Virus record (IMG/VR): IMGVR_UViG_3300037424_001585
Coordinates: 3,952-67,951 of that record
Direction: 5' to 3' (one strand)
Source: a virus
Lineage: Duplodnaviria > Caudoviricetes
DNA length: 64,000 nt
Within the stretch, counting starts at the first letter, position 1. Every line of letters starts with the position of its first letter. The translations under genes were made by a program, and so were the position numbers. Under the pieces are notes generated by a model. The model was not told the origin of the DNA and did no database searches. It saw only the letters and a list, made by a program, of their open reading frames with translations. Shown here one piece after another: positions 46,651 to 56,188 of the stretch.

Positions 46651-46679
46651 AACCTACGTGTGCGCGGGCCAGGCGTCAA
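46651..46679 (-). promoter_or_regulatory. sigma70-type promoter for the recombination/replication operon
   Basis: TTGACG-17-TAGGTT. Confidence 0.55.
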
Positions 46680-46846
46680 GGTGGGGTGAAGATGACCGTG
46701 TCCGGCGCCTCAGCAGGAATCGTGCCAGTACCACCCCGAATCCCGAGGAGGTACAGGATAACGGTGATGAGCGCGGCGCTGAGCAAGAGACGTGCCAACC
46801 CCCGTAGCTCTGCGCGGTTGTATTCCTGATCGGTGAAGGTCACGGC

Positions 46847-47175
46847 GCCTCCGGTGGGGGCGCGCCCTCAGAGCGGTTCAATGGTCACCCGGTACATGCG
46901 GGCGGGCTCGAAGAACGCCACCAGCTCGGTGTTGTCCAGCGTCACCGGGAGCCGTAGATCGACGCGAGCGTAGTGGAATGGCAGCGACTTCGAGCCGTCG
47001 AGGTCGGGTTCCCCAGCCAAGTCTACGCTGGCGTGGATTTGATCGCTTTTCAGACGGAAGGCGAACTGCGGGCCTTCGGCCACCCGCAACGCCTTCTCGC
47101 CGCACTTCATGGTCAGTTCGACCTTCTTCATGGGATACCATCCTTCGTTGAAGTAGCCTCCGGTGGGGGCGCGCC
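46847..47175. repeat. 20-bp exact direct repeat (46847-46866 and 47156-47175)
   Basis: gcctccggtgggggcgcgcc at both sites, flanking one gene. Confidence 0.9.
46868..47131 (-). CDS. hypothetical protein
   Basis: MKKVELTMKCGEK...; lies between the 20-bp repeats. Confidence 0.55.
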   Translation of the reverse strand: MKKVELTMKCGEKALRVAEGPQFAFRLKSDQIHASVDLAGEPDLDGSKSLPFHYARVDLRLPVTLDNTELVAFFEPARMYRVTIEPL

Positions 47176-47859
47176 ACGCTCGGCAGCATAGATGTATTGT
47201 CGCTGGAACAACAAGAACGGCTTCCCACAGTCGGGGCAACGCGCTGGGCGATCCGGATAGTTGATGACCGTGAACTCGTGGAGACTACCACACGCCTTCA
47301 CGCCAGCCACTTCCTCGTCGAACCATTTCACACGATGCGAGGTGTCCTGTTGTGGCATCCCCGCTTCGGAGCAGGGGGCGGCGTTGCAGATTACACACCC
47401 GAAGGGTTCGCGGTCGCATGTCATGAGGTTGCCAGCGGCGTGACCACAAGGCATCGGCGCCTGCATGAACAAGCGGACCGCTTCTTTGCTGAAGCTGGGA
47501 TCGTTCTGAACACGGCGCATCTCTGCCTCGATGGCGTCCGCTTCAGGCAAGGTTAGCACCCGCACCGGGCACGTCGGGACGCAGGAGACCGGGGCAGGCT
47601 GAACTGGGGTGGCTGGTCCCTGACCGCTGGTCGCCAAATCGGTGCGAGGGCCTTTGTCGGCTACCCCACTCGGAGAATCACTCCGAACCCCGCCGATTGA
47701 TCTGTCTGCCTGCTCCCGGCCCACGATAACACCTCGTGCTGTAAGGTCTACCGCTAGGCGCTTCCAGAACCCAGATAGCTCCGATGGTGTCCAAGCGGTC
47801 GGTTGGCACCGCAACCACGCCTGACGTAGCAGGTCAGCTAACCGCTCCACGTCGCTCAT
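47128..47859 (-). CDS. hypothetical mosaic protein with Cys motifs
   Basis: AGGAGGAG RBS; CGH...CVIC and CG..H...CPDC. Confidence 0.55.
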   Translation of the reverse strand: MSDVERLADLLRQAWLRCQPTAWTPSELSGFWKRLAVDLTARGVIVGREQADRSIGGVRSDSPSGVADKGPRTDLATSGQGPATPVQPAPVSCVPTCPVRVLTLPEADAIEAEMRRVQNDPSFSKEAVRLFMQAPMPCGHAAGNLMTCDREPFGCVICNAAPCSEAGMPQQDTSHRVKWFDEEVAGVKACGSLHEFTVINYPDRPARCPDCGKPFLLFQRQYIYAAERGAPPPEATSTKDGIP

Positions 47860-48305
47860 GCTCCTCCTTTGGGCTCGGCCTGCCGGGACGCCGCGAGGTA
47901 GGCGTGCAGGGATTCGCGCCATCGGATGACTCGCCGCCGGTCGAAGACATACACCGAGCACGAATTGGGGCCATGTGGCGAGTCGAGGTCGGCGGCCACA
48001 GCGTCTAACTCCATCAGCGCGGCGAGAAGCCCTTCACGGCGCGGCGCGTCGCGGGCGACGGTCAGGTCGTGGGAGAGGGCATCCGCAGCTCGGGCGAGCA
48101 AATCCGCCGTGCATCGTTGAGCATACGCCTCCGCCGCCTCCCGCACCCTGGCTTTCCAGGCCGCGTCGTGGGGACAGGACAGGGCACGCCAATCACCAGG
48201 CCGTGTCGTGCCGAGCTGGTGCGCCGCCATCGAGATAGCTTCCGCAGGAGCCCCACAGCACGGGCAACTCTCAGGCTCCCCGTCCGGGCGGGCCGCGTCA
48301 GGCAT
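47856..48305 (-). CDS. hypothetical protein
   Basis: CPCCG..CPH; coupled. Confidence 0.5.
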   Translation of the reverse strand: MPDAARPDGEPESCPCCGAPAEAISMAAHQLGTTRPGDWRALSCPHDAAWKARVREAAEAYAQRCTADLLARAADALSHDLTVARDAPRREGLLAALMELDAVAADLDSPHGPNSCSVYVFDRRRVIRWRESLHAYLAASRQAEPKGGA

Positions 48306-48534
48306 AAGAACCTCGCCGGAAGCTGAGCGGCGAATGCTGATAGTCGGCAACGTCAGGATGCAGCCGCGACCGGAGCGCCTTCACTCGGCCCACAATCTCA
48401 TAGTCCATACCGATGCGGTTCATGAAGTCGCGGTGCGCCACCGGGTAGCCCTGTTCCAAAACCTCCACGAGGATGGCGGCGATAGCCCGCGCCTCGGCCC
48501 TTACGGCCTTATCCAACTTCTCGGTGTCAGTCAT
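48298..48534 (-). CDS. hypothetical protein
   Basis: GGAGGAGG RBS. Confidence 0.55.
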   Translation of the reverse strand: MTDTEKLDKAVRAEARAIAAILVEVLEQGYPVAHRDFMNRIGMDYEIVGRVKALRSRLHPDVADYQHSPLSFRRGSYA

Positions 48535-48776
48535 TGCGGTTTCGCCTCCTCCTCCGGCGTCTGGGACGCCCTGGCTTCTCTTGGCTCCTCTTTGCGGAGT
48601 TCGACGTACACGCTCTCCGGAGTGCCATGCTCGTGGTCGGCTTCAGTTACACTGCACGAGCCGTGCATGTCCGCAGGCATGTTGAAGTACGCTCGGAGCG
48701 CACGCAGGACTTCATTCATGTCGAACTCGTACTCAATACGCTCGACCGCCGCATACTTCACTACTGTCTTTTTCAT
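48531..48776 (-). CDS. hypothetical protein
   Basis: GAGGGAGGGG RBS. Confidence 0.55.
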   Translation of the reverse strand: MKKTVVKYAAVERIEYEFDMNEVLRALRAYFNMPADMHGSCSVTEADHEHGTPESVYVELRKEEPREARASQTPEEEAKPQ

Positions 48777-49189
48777 GTCCCCTCCCTCGCCCCATGCAGG
48801 AACGCCTCCACCATCGAGGACCAACATTCCCCGCAGAATAGTTTGGCGTTTCGTTCGAGGTCCATGACGCCCTCATTAGGCTTGTGTCGCCAACACGGCG
48901 CGGCATCCCGCATCGTCTCCAACCCGCGCTCCACCGACTCCGGGGAGAAGCCGTGGATTTCCCCCGCTCTGGTGTACAGACGCACGACCGAGGCGCGGCC
49001 CGCGTGACGCTCACAACATGGTCGCCAGTGAAACGTCCGGTCTCCGCGCATCCGCACGGTATGAATGGACCACTGCCGCTCGTGCGTGGCCGGAGCGCCG
49101 CACACCCCACCCCGTTGTCCCCGTGGATATCGACACGTCGGGGCACGAGTCGCCGCCGCCCGCAGCCGCTCCAGTAACGTGTCGCTCAT
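48773..49189 (-). CDS. hypothetical Cys-rich protein
   Basis: Coupled; several Cys pairs. Confidence 0.5.
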   Translation of the reverse strand: MSDTLLERLRAAATRAPTCRYPRGQRGGVCGAPATHERQWSIHTVRMRGDRTFHWRPCCERHAGRASVVRLYTRAGEIHGFSPESVERGLETMRDAAPCWRHKPNEGVMDLERNAKLFCGECWSSMVEAFLHGAREGT

Positions 49190-49425
49190 GCTCGTGCAAT
49201 CCTTTCCGTGTACGCCTCACACGCCTCCGCTCCTTCTTCGTACACCTCCACTGGTACTTGCACCGTCTCGTGCTCAATCACTCGCTCGCACCCATCACAG
49301 CACGTCAGCGTCTCATCTCCGTACCCTCGATGAACCGCTTCCTCCCAACAGTAGGGGCACACGGTCACCGTTTCGGGGACAGGATCAGGCTCGGCGAAGA
49401 AGCCCTCGTAAGGAAGCGCTTTCAT
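49186..49425 (-). CDS. Zn-ribbon protein
   Basis: CPYC...CCDGC. Confidence 0.55.
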   Translation of the reverse strand: MKALPYEGFFAEPDPVPETVTVCPYCWEEAVHRGYGDETLTCCDGCERVIEHETVQVPVEVYEEGAEACEAYTERIARA

Positions 49426-49604
49426 TGTCCCATCCTCGTGCAAAGTGCCTTCCCAATCTCCGAGATGCTCACCACGAACTGTCGGCCTGCGGGGAACTCG
49501 CCGATCATCACGACGATCGAGAGACGCCTGTGGTAATGGGTCAATTTCATTGAGAACGGTTTCAACTGGCCTTGACTCCTTTTGGTCTCGTCCTACGTTC
49601 CAGT

Positions 49605-49844
49605 ATGCCTAAACGCTCACGCACGAAGCCCCCCGCTGATGAAGTCCAGGCCGCGTTTGAGGCGGTCAACCGCCTGACCGGCTCCGAACCCGCGCCGGCC
49701 AAGAAGAACCCCCATGCCGTCGCCCTGGGCCGCAAAGGGGGCCTCAAAGGCGGTCCCGCCCGCGCCCAGAAGCTCTCCACCAAACAGCGCAGCGCCAGCG
49801 CCCGGAAGGCCGCTAAGGCGCGGTGGAAGCGGGCTAAGGAATAG
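49605..49844 (+). CDS. small basic histone-H1-like / KGG-motif protein
   Basis: KNPHAVALGRKGGLKGGPARAQKLS...RKAAKARW; TTGACT-16-TACGTT promoter ends 5 nt before the ATG. Confidence 0.75.
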   Translation: MPKRSRTKPPADEVQAAFEAVNRLTGSEPAPAKKNPHAVALGRKGGLKGGPARAQKLSTKQRSASARKAAKARWKRAKE

Positions 49845-49873
49845 ATCATTGGGGTAACCGGCTGCGTGCGCCG

Positions 49874-50347
49874 CTAACCTGCCGCAATCCGTAGTTCCTC
49901 GGCGATTGCCTTGTCGTCTACTCCCCGTAATCGGCTGAGCGCAACGGGTAACATGGACTCCCACCGAATGAAGGTGTTTGCTGGATCACGGTAGAGGTCC
50001 GTAATCACTTGCAGCACCGGTTCGGCGCCGAATCGTGAAATGTCATACTTGGCGTGAGCACTGTCCCCGAGAGCCCTGATGATTGCCCGCTGTCGGGGGG
50101 TAAGGCCCAATTTCCGTATCTGCTCGGCCTCGTACGAGCCGGGCGTAGTCAGGTCCTCTGGATTGGCGATCCTGGCAAACTCCGCCCACAGTGCTAGAGC
50201 ACCGTCGTGAAGACCGGCGATGTAGTGCTCCCGCAGGTCCCGGCCCATCTGGTTCCAGGTGAGGCCGTAGTTGACGGATTCCTGCGTAGCAGCGGTGCGA
50301 ACAAATAGCACTGGTAGGAGCGCGAGGACTATCTTGGTCACTCTCAT
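49874..50347 (-). CDS. secreted helical protein (IS passenger)
   Basis: Signal-peptide-like N-terminus MRVTKIVLALLPVLFVRTAA. Confidence 0.55.
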   Translation of the reverse strand: MRVTKIVLALLPVLFVRTAATQESVNYGLTWNQMGRDLREHYIAGLHDGALALWAEFARIANPEDLTTPGSYEAEQIRKLGLTPRQRAIIRALGDSAHAKYDISRFGAEPVLQVITDLYRDPANTFIRWESMLPVALSRLRGVDDKAIAEELRIAAG

Positions 50348-50361
50348 TGCAGAGTCGCCTC

Positions 50362-51126
50362 TCACTGGTCCGCCTTCGGGGTCTTACCGGAATAGTGATG
50401 CACGAGCCAGCGCGACGTTAACCACGGGCTCTTAGCCATTGATCGCTCTGGACCTGCCAGTTGCCACGCCCAACTGCCCTTTGGTCTTCCGGGGATGTGC
50501 GCGTACCATCGACACCAGCGATCTATCGGATCAACGTTCTCGGCGCGCACTCGCACAAGTACGACGATCGGATAGTCTGAGACCAACAGTCGGCCAGCGA
50601 GGACCGGCCAGCCCTGGTCACTGTTATGCAATACGACGATGTTGGCGGGATCGCTCCGGTCAACGTCCAGTTCTGCGCTTCCATTGTTCCACGTCAACGC
50701 GACAGGGTAATCCAAGCGAAGTTCGTGATCTCCCGCCTTACGTTCCTCACTCGCCACAATGACGGACACTCGGCAGCGTTTTACCGTCTGTACGCGGTCA
50801 TGGGAGATTACCAGTTCGGCTCGTCGATCTGCGGGACCGTCCCGTAATTGCGTATCGATAGAGAGAGGATTGACACCGATACCTAGCACGCGGGCAAACC
50901 ACATCTGCTCGATGTAGGCCCGCGGTCGTGGCTGAAGCAGCGCCCAACTTGCAAACGCCACGACCAGGCCAGCCACGATTCCCGAGGCAAAGACTTCCAG
51001 GAGAGATGCCCCCTTAGAGTACGCCATGGTCGCGCTGACCATCGTGGCGACTGCGCCCGCCCACACCGGAATGAGCGTTTCGGCGGCATGGGGATACTCT
51101 CCGAAACTATCAGCCACGAAAGCCAC
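50362..51126 (-). CDS. two-TM membrane protein (IS passenger)
   Basis: Two N-terminal hydrophobic helices plus beta-rich soluble domain. Confidence 0.5.
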   Translation of the reverse strand: MAFVADSFGEYPHAAETLIPVWAGAVATMVSATMAYSKGASLLEVFASGIVAGLVVAFASWALLQPRPRAYIEQMWFARVLGIGVNPLSIDTQLRDGPADRRAELVISHDRVQTVKRCRVSVIVASEERKAGDHELRLDYPVALTWNNGSAELDVDRSDPANIVVLHNSDQGWPVLAGRLLVSDYPIVVLVRVRAENVDPIDRWCRWYAHIPGRPKGSWAWQLAGPERSMAKSPWLTSRWLVHHYSGKTPKADQ

Positions 51127-51181
51127 CAGCCAGCAGAGGTCGCCTCTTGACTGCGAGACCGCTCACGCATAGATTGGTACC

Positions 51182-51346
51182 ATGTACATGCTCTCCCTGG
51201 AACAGAAGAGCCGGGTCGTTCAAGCCTTGTGCGAGGGGAACAGCGTCCGGGCGACCTGTCGCCTGACCGGCGCGGCCAAGGGCACGGTCCTCCGGCTGCT
51301 GGCCCAAGTCGGGACCGCCTGCCAAGCCTTCCACGACCACCACGTT
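51182..51346 (+). pseudogene. IS1-like transposase N-terminal HTH fragment
   Basis: LSLEQKSRVVQALCEGNSVRATCRLTGAAKGTVLRLLAQVGTACQAFHD then switches to antisense phage sequence; no DDE domain; TTGACT-17-TAGATT promoter. Confidence 0.7.
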
Positions 51347-51399
51347 GATCGTGAGGTCGGAAATCTTCTTCGCGCGCTTGGCTACCGCCGCTTTGCGCT

Positions 51400-51492
51400 T
51401 CATCGTAACTCCGCCAGCGCGAGGAGATACACGACCCCCACAAGGATCGTGGCGATCCCAACACGCAACCATCGGGCGTTTGCTGTGGTCAT
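51400..51492 (-). CDS. 30-aa membrane peptide
   Basis: MTTANARWLRVGIATILVGVVYLLALAELR; GAGAGAGG RBS; follows a promoter. Confidence 0.45.
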   Translation of the reverse strand: MTTANARWLRVGIATILVGVVYLLALAELR

Positions 51493-51516
51493 GGAATAGT
51501 TTCCTCTCTCCCCTCC

Positions 51517-51545
51517 AGAATGTGGGCGGGCGTGAAGCTTGTCAA
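51517..51545 (-). promoter_or_regulatory. sigma70-type promoter
   Basis: TTGACA-17-CATTCT. Confidence 0.55.
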
Positions 51546-51706
51546 GCCTTCACTCACCAGGCACGCAACTTGCATCACTTGCTGTCACCCTCCGCGCTCG
51601 GACCTTCCCATCTTTTGAATACGCACCTCACCACTGAAGTCCCCGTTGTGATGGGCAACGTACTGCGTGCTTGCGTGAGTCTTGGTAGACAATGGAGTGC
51701 ATGTCT

Positions 51707-51901
51707 TCACCCCCCTTCCCCTTCCGCCACCGGCACCAACGTGGTCACCGGCTTGATCGTGTACCCCGGCTGTTGCACACCCCCGAACCATTGCGGGAGT
51801 TCGGTCACCAGCTTCCCCACCGTGAGCTTGGGATTCGTGATGTCCACTTCGATCACGAGGAAGAAGCGGGCGGTGCGGATAACTTTGGCTTTCACTGCCA
51901 T
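51707..51901 (-). CDS. hypothetical protein
   Basis: GGAGGGG RBS; 64 aa. Confidence 0.55.
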   Translation of the reverse strand: MAVKAKVIRTARFFLVIEVDITNPKLTVGKLVTELPQWFGGVQQPGYTIKPVTTLVPVAEGEGG

Positions 51902-52016
51902 TCCCCCTCCTTCCGTTGTTGAATGATGAGATCACCTTCTCCGGCGAACCAGAAGGCCAGCACGATCACCCCGAGTGTGAGCCACACCCCAGCAACGAGC
52001 CCAGCGAGGAAGAGGA

Positions 52017-53555
52017 TCATGGCGTCTCCGATGCGGGTGTGACTGCTTCTTTTGGTTGAAGTACTTCCCCTACCTCAGCGAGTGTCGGAGATGGGTTCTC
52101 AATCACTCGTGCCAAGGTGTCCTTTGCGCGGGTCAGTCCTACGTAAAAAATATTGTCCTCCTCCTGATTCTTCCGCTTTCCTCCACAGTAGAGCGTGTGC
52201 ATCAAGAGAAAGACCCGGTTCGCCTCCAACCCCTTCGCTCGATGGATCGTGGACAAGACCACGCATGGCCGATGCGGGTCCCCGAACATCTCCTGCACGC
52301 GCGCCTCCAGTTCGGCAGGGGTAGCGAGCCCCTCCGCCAATCCCTCCAGCATCTCCAGCCGGTCACGCAAGAACGCCACCCTCGCCTCCACACTCGACCG
52401 CTTGGTCTTCAGCAGCTTGAGAGCCTCACGCTCGATGGTTTGGTGCAGCTTCTCCAACAAGTCCGCCACAGTGGGGGCTTTCACCTGGCGGATCATGGCG
52501 AGAATGCTCTTTCCCAAGTCCTTCCCCTCGACCCTTGCCGGTATCCCCGCCCGTACCAGTTGCAGCCACAACCCTCCGAGCGGCGCGTTCACGCGAGACA
52601 GGAGGAAGTCATTCGGAGCAATCTGCCGCACCATCTCGTCCACGGTGAGATCGAGGATGGTCCCCTCCGGCGCACTCTCCGCTGCGGTGAAGTCCGGGCA
52701 CAAGGCTTGCGCCTCTCGCACCACGAGCTTGGGACAGCGATAGGTGATGGTGAGCGGGAGTTCCTCGGCTTGTAACTCCTTCTTCAATCTCGTGAGCGCG
52801 TTCGAGTCCGCACCCCTGAACCCGTAGATCGCCTGTCGGTCATCCCCGACCACCGCGATCCGTCCGCTTGCCGCCCCCATCGCCAGCGCGAGTTGGACCG
52901 TGTTCATGTCCTGCGCTTCATCCACCACCACGAGATCGTAGGTCGGACGAAGCCATTCATGCACGACCGGCAACCAGACCATGTCGTCGTAGTCGATCGT
53001 TCCATCCCGCTCCTGGGCGAGGACGCATGTATCAATCGCCAACTCCGCGAGATTCTCCACCGTCAGGTCCCGCTGCCACTCTCCTTGCGGCACGATGTCG
53101 AACGAGTAGGCGAGATCAATCACCTCGTTCGGTTCGACGTTGTTCACGCACACGTTCTTGATGAGTCCGGCGAGCTTGGCGATCCAGGCAGTCGGCGCAT
53201 CCGGGGCATGCTCCGCACTCCCCCCGTTTGCGCTGGCCCACGCCTGCGCGGCGAGCCTCCGTCCTCGATCCACGTCCACCTGCACCTTCCAGTACTTCCG
53301 CACGAGCCCGAACCCAACACTGTGCAAGGTGCGTGCGCCGGCGCGCGGGTTCTTCAGACGCGCGGAGAGTTCTTCCGCAATGCGTTTGTTGAAGGCGCAG
53401 AGGAGGATATTCTCTTCCGGGGCGCGCTCGATCATCTCGATGATGGTCGTGGTCTTTCCCGTTCCCGCGCGCGCACGCACAATCAGGTTCCCCTTTCCCT
53501 CTCGTGCCCACGCAAACACGGATTCTTGCTGGGGACTCCATACACGCTCGGTCAC
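52017..53555 (-). CDS. UvrD/Rep-family (SF1) helicase
   Basis: ARAGTGKTT, VVVDEAQD, VGDDRQAIYGFRGA, YRCP, STIHRAKGLE, FYVGLTRA. Confidence 0.92.
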   Translation of the reverse strand: MTERVWSPQQESVFAWAREGKGNLIVRARAGTGKTTTIIEMIERAPEENILLCAFNKRIAEELSARLKNPRAGARTLHSVGFGLVRKYWKVQVDVDRGRRLAAQAWASANGGSAEHAPDAPTAWIAKLAGLIKNVCVNNVEPNEVIDLAYSFDIVPQGEWQRDLTVENLAELAIDTCVLAQERDGTIDYDDMVWLPVVHEWLRPTYDLVVVDEAQDMNTVQLALAMGAASGRIAVVGDDRQAIYGFRGADSNALTRLKKELQAEELPLTITYRCPKLVVREAQALCPDFTAAESAPEGTILDLTVDEMVRQIAPNDFLLSRVNAPLGGLWLQLVRAGIPARVEGKDLGKSILAMIRQVKAPTVADLLEKLHQTIEREALKLLKTKRSSVEARVAFLRDRLEMLEGLAEGLATPAELEARVQEMFGDPHRPCVVLSTIHRAKGLEANRVFLLMHTLYCGGKRKNQEEDNIFYVGLTRAKDTLARVIENPSPTLAEVGEVLQPKEAVTPASETP

Positions 53556-53815
53556 TCTCCTCCCCCTTTCAGTTTCCGTACCAGTTTCACCACTTCCGTC
53601 CCGAGCGAGATGCTCACGCGCTCCCCGCTCGCCTTGGTCATGGTCACCTTCTCTCCCCATTTGGTGGTGAAGGTCACCGTCTTGGGTTGCGAGTCATAGT
53701 CCACCGTGGCGCTGGAGGGGGAGCAGTAGGCCAGTGTCCCCTTCTTCCCCAAGCCAGGGATCAGGAAGCGATCACCGGGGGTGAGGTCGCGGAGGAGACG
53801 GAGCTTGAAGGTCAT
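53552..53815 (-). CDS. hypothetical protein
   Basis: Coupled 87-aa ORF. Confidence 0.55.
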   Translation of the reverse strand: MTFKLRLLRDLTPGDRFLIPGLGKKGTLAYCSPSSATVDYDSQPKTVTFTTKWGEKVTMTKASGERVSISLGTEVVKLVRKLKGGGE

Positions 53816-54024
53816 GTTTGCCTGTCCTCCTCACCGAACAGCGCTTGCTCAACAGCCGCAACCACCTCGCTCACTGTCGCATCCTTGACCGAGATCGTGC
53901 GAGTGAGATTCCCCTTGAGGTACGCTCTTTTGCTAGGGTCGTACAGTCGCACCAGCACGCTGACTCGCCCGCGCAGGTCCGTCTGAGTTTGGCGCTGGTG
54001 GTGCCCGTCACGTTGGAACTTCAC
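53812..54024 (-). CDS. hypothetical protein
   Basis: Coupled 70-aa ORF. Confidence 0.5.
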   Translation of the reverse strand: MKFQRDGHHQRQTQTDLRGRVSVLVRLYDPSKRAYLKGNLTRTISVKDATVSEVVAAVEQALFGEEDRQT

Positions 54025-54344
54025 CGATCCCTCCCCGCTGTGAACTTCCGCCCACGCATACTCGCCTGCATCGAGGACGCAATGATCTGTGCCACGCGCT
54101 CCTCGGTTAGGCCCAGGTCATGGTTCTTCTCGATGGCGCATTGGTTCGCGAGCTTCAGGTCCGTCCCCCACACCCACGGCGCGGCGTACTCCCCTTGCCC
54201 CAGCATCGGGTAGTGCCCGCTCTCCCCCTCAATCACAACGGAGGGAACGTATCCCCCGTACACCCTGGTGTCCTGTGTCGGGTCCACGTAGTAACAGAAC
54301 TTCCCCGGTTGCAGGTCTGGCACGAAGCGCTCGGATTGGTGCAT
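54021..54344 (-). CDS. hypothetical protein
   Basis: GGAGGAG RBS; 107 aa. Confidence 0.6.
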   Translation of the reverse strand: MHQSERFVPDLQPGKFCYYVDPTQDTRVYGGYVPSVVIEGESGHYPMLGQGEYAAPWVWGTDLKLANQCAIEKNHDLGLTEERVAQIIASSMQASMRGRKFTAGRDR

Positions 54345-54544
54345 TCACTCCTCCTGCTCCGTCTCGATCCGGTCAGCCAGTCGTTGGGTACGGGCGTGCA
54401 ACTCTTGCAGCGCCGTCCGCACCTGCGGATTGGTGATCTCTGAGATCACGGTCGCAAGCTGTACTTCGGTGAGCACGTTACTCCTCCAAGGTGAGAGGTT
54501 TCGGTCCTGCTTAGTATGAAGCGTGTACGTACGTCCGCTTTCCC

Positions 54545-54838
54545 TCACGCTCTTTCGCGTCGAGCAGCCGCACGAAGTTGGCGAGCGAGACCGCCATCGG
54601 GCAGTCCCGGCGCGAACCCCGCGAACACGCCGTTGACAATGAGGAGTTCATCCAACCACCCCTCACTGTCATAGTAGAACAAGCGCTCGCCCCGCATCAA
54701 CTGGCCGGAGGCGAGGAGGTCACGCACGACTTCTTCCGCGTCGTTCGTGATCGTGGCATATGTATCCCACGGCCCGAGGTCTTTGATTGTGAGGTCGCCG
54801 TTGGGCGCTCGACGGACAATCGCATAGCGGGCTTTCAC
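54545..54838 (-). CDS. hypothetical protein
   Basis: TITNDAEEVV...LFYYDSEGWLDEL pattern; GAGG RBS. Confidence 0.6.
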   Translation of the reverse strand: MKARYAIVRRAPNGDLTIKDLGPWDTYATITNDAEEVVRDLLASGQLMRGERLFYYDSEGWLDELLIVNGVFAGFAPGLPDGGLARQLRAAARRERA

Positions 54839-55398
54839 TCGCTATCCTCATTGTCCAACATGTAGTTCTCCCGGTCCTGCGTGTCACCGTACGACTTGCG
54901 ATCCTGACCTTCGGTGCCTTGCAGGTCGTTCTGGTCAACGTCCTCACCCTCTCCTAACTCTCGCGCGGCGTTCTCGCACTCAGCGCCTTCGTCGAAGGCG
55001 AGTGGATCAACGTCCTCACCCCTCCTCTCGTGCGTCCTCCCTTCCGCCTTGGCGAGCGCGGCGTTCAACTGCGTCCCGTGTTCAGCTAGTGACTTCACTA
55101 GCCATTCATAGTCGTCCGGAATGTCGTTTTCTTGCAGCCGCCCAACCTCGATCATGTCAGAGAGGCCGTCATGAAGCCTCGCATAGAGCCGCAGCGCCAC
55201 GTACAACTCCGGCGCTGCGGCGAGCCGCGACCGCCACGGCTCTAGGAGTTCTCCGACCGTGCGGCCTACGTCGTACGCCACACTACGCGGCGACTCAGGA
55301 TCGTTGTCGTAGGTCATGCCTATGTCGCCGCTTGCTTCCTGCACCCCAAGGTGGAAAGCCTCGGTCTCTGGCCCCGCTGCCCATCCAGTTGTTGTCAT
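54835..55398 (-). CDS. hypothetical protein with acidic tail
   Basis: AAGGGAGGGAG RBS at ATG 55398. Confidence 0.55.
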   Translation of the reverse strand: MTTTGWAAGPETEAFHLGVQEASGDIGMTYDNDPESPRSVAYDVGRTVGELLEPWRSRLAAAPELYVALRLYARLHDGLSDMIEVGRLQENDIPDDYEWLVKSLAEHGTQLNAALAKAEGRTHERRGEDVDPLAFDEGAECENAARELGEGEDVDQNDLQGTEGQDRKSYGDTQDRENYMLDNEDSE

Positions 55399-55603
55399 GC
55401 TCCCTCCCTTTCTCGGGTAAACCCATGATTGCATCCTCCCAACACGGGATGGCAAACGTGGGTCGTCCCATCTGGTTGGCCCTTCCGCGTCTCTGAGTCC
55501 AGCGGGAGCACCGCCTGTGCCCGACACAATGGACAGCACAGGGGATGCGCAGGCGCGCAGTGTGGCGCTGGCTGCACACCGTGCCGTATGGCCGCGACCA
55601 GCA

Positions 55604-56188
55604 CTACCGCCACCGTCCGTCCCTCCATGTGTACCCCCATTCTTTCATCTCGACGTGTTGCGGATCGTCGCACCGGCACGTCCCGTCCTCCCGGTAGTGC
55701 TCGCCCGCAAAGATGATGTGCGGGCACCCCTTAATGTCCGCCTGTTTGGTGAGCCGGACCTTGGTTGCGACCAAAGCGTGCTCCTCCTTCTCCTCCTCCA
55801 CCCCGCAATCACACGCGCTGTGGTAGTAGCACGGCCACACCTGACTCCCGATGTTCCGCACCCCTGTCTCTCGGTGCGTGTCTTCAAAGTGTCGGCTCCC
55901 GTTGTACCGCGCGATCCCCGTGATGATGATGGCCAAGGGATTCACCGTGAACACTTGGCGCATGAAGTCTCGGTGCCCGTGCCAGCACACCGCGCCAGGG
56001 ATACGTCGCTGGCTCCCGTCCTTGTTCCGCATGTGCGTGGAGCGCCGTCCGTACTTCCGCACCGGCTTCCCCTCCGTGCGGATCACGAAGCGCCACCCTC
56101 GCCCCCCCACACGCAGGTTTGCCACTCGCACCCCTATCCGTTCCGCCGCCCGGACAATCTGAACATCCGTCAACCCTCGAATCAACAT
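55604..56188 (-). CDS. hypothetical early protein
   Basis: GGAGGGG RBS; CWHGH motif, Cys-rich C-terminus. Confidence 0.6.
   Translation of the reverse strand: MLIRGLTDVQIVRAAERIGVRVANLRVGGRGWRFVIRTEGKPVRKYGRRSTHMRNKDGSQRRIPGAVCWHGHRDFMRQVFTVNPLAIIITGIARYNGSRHFEDTHRETGVRNIGSQVWPCYYHSACDCGVEEEKEEHALVATKVRLTKQADIKGCPHIIFAGEHYREDGTCRCDDPQHVEMKEWGYTWRDGRWR

Larger units (their letters stand above)
49532..51346. mobile_element. decayed IS1-family-like element with passenger genes
   Basis: GGTAATGGGTCAATTTCA end resembling IS1 termini at 49532; truncated transposase N-terminus at 51182; interrupts a phage ORF. Confidence 0.6.
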
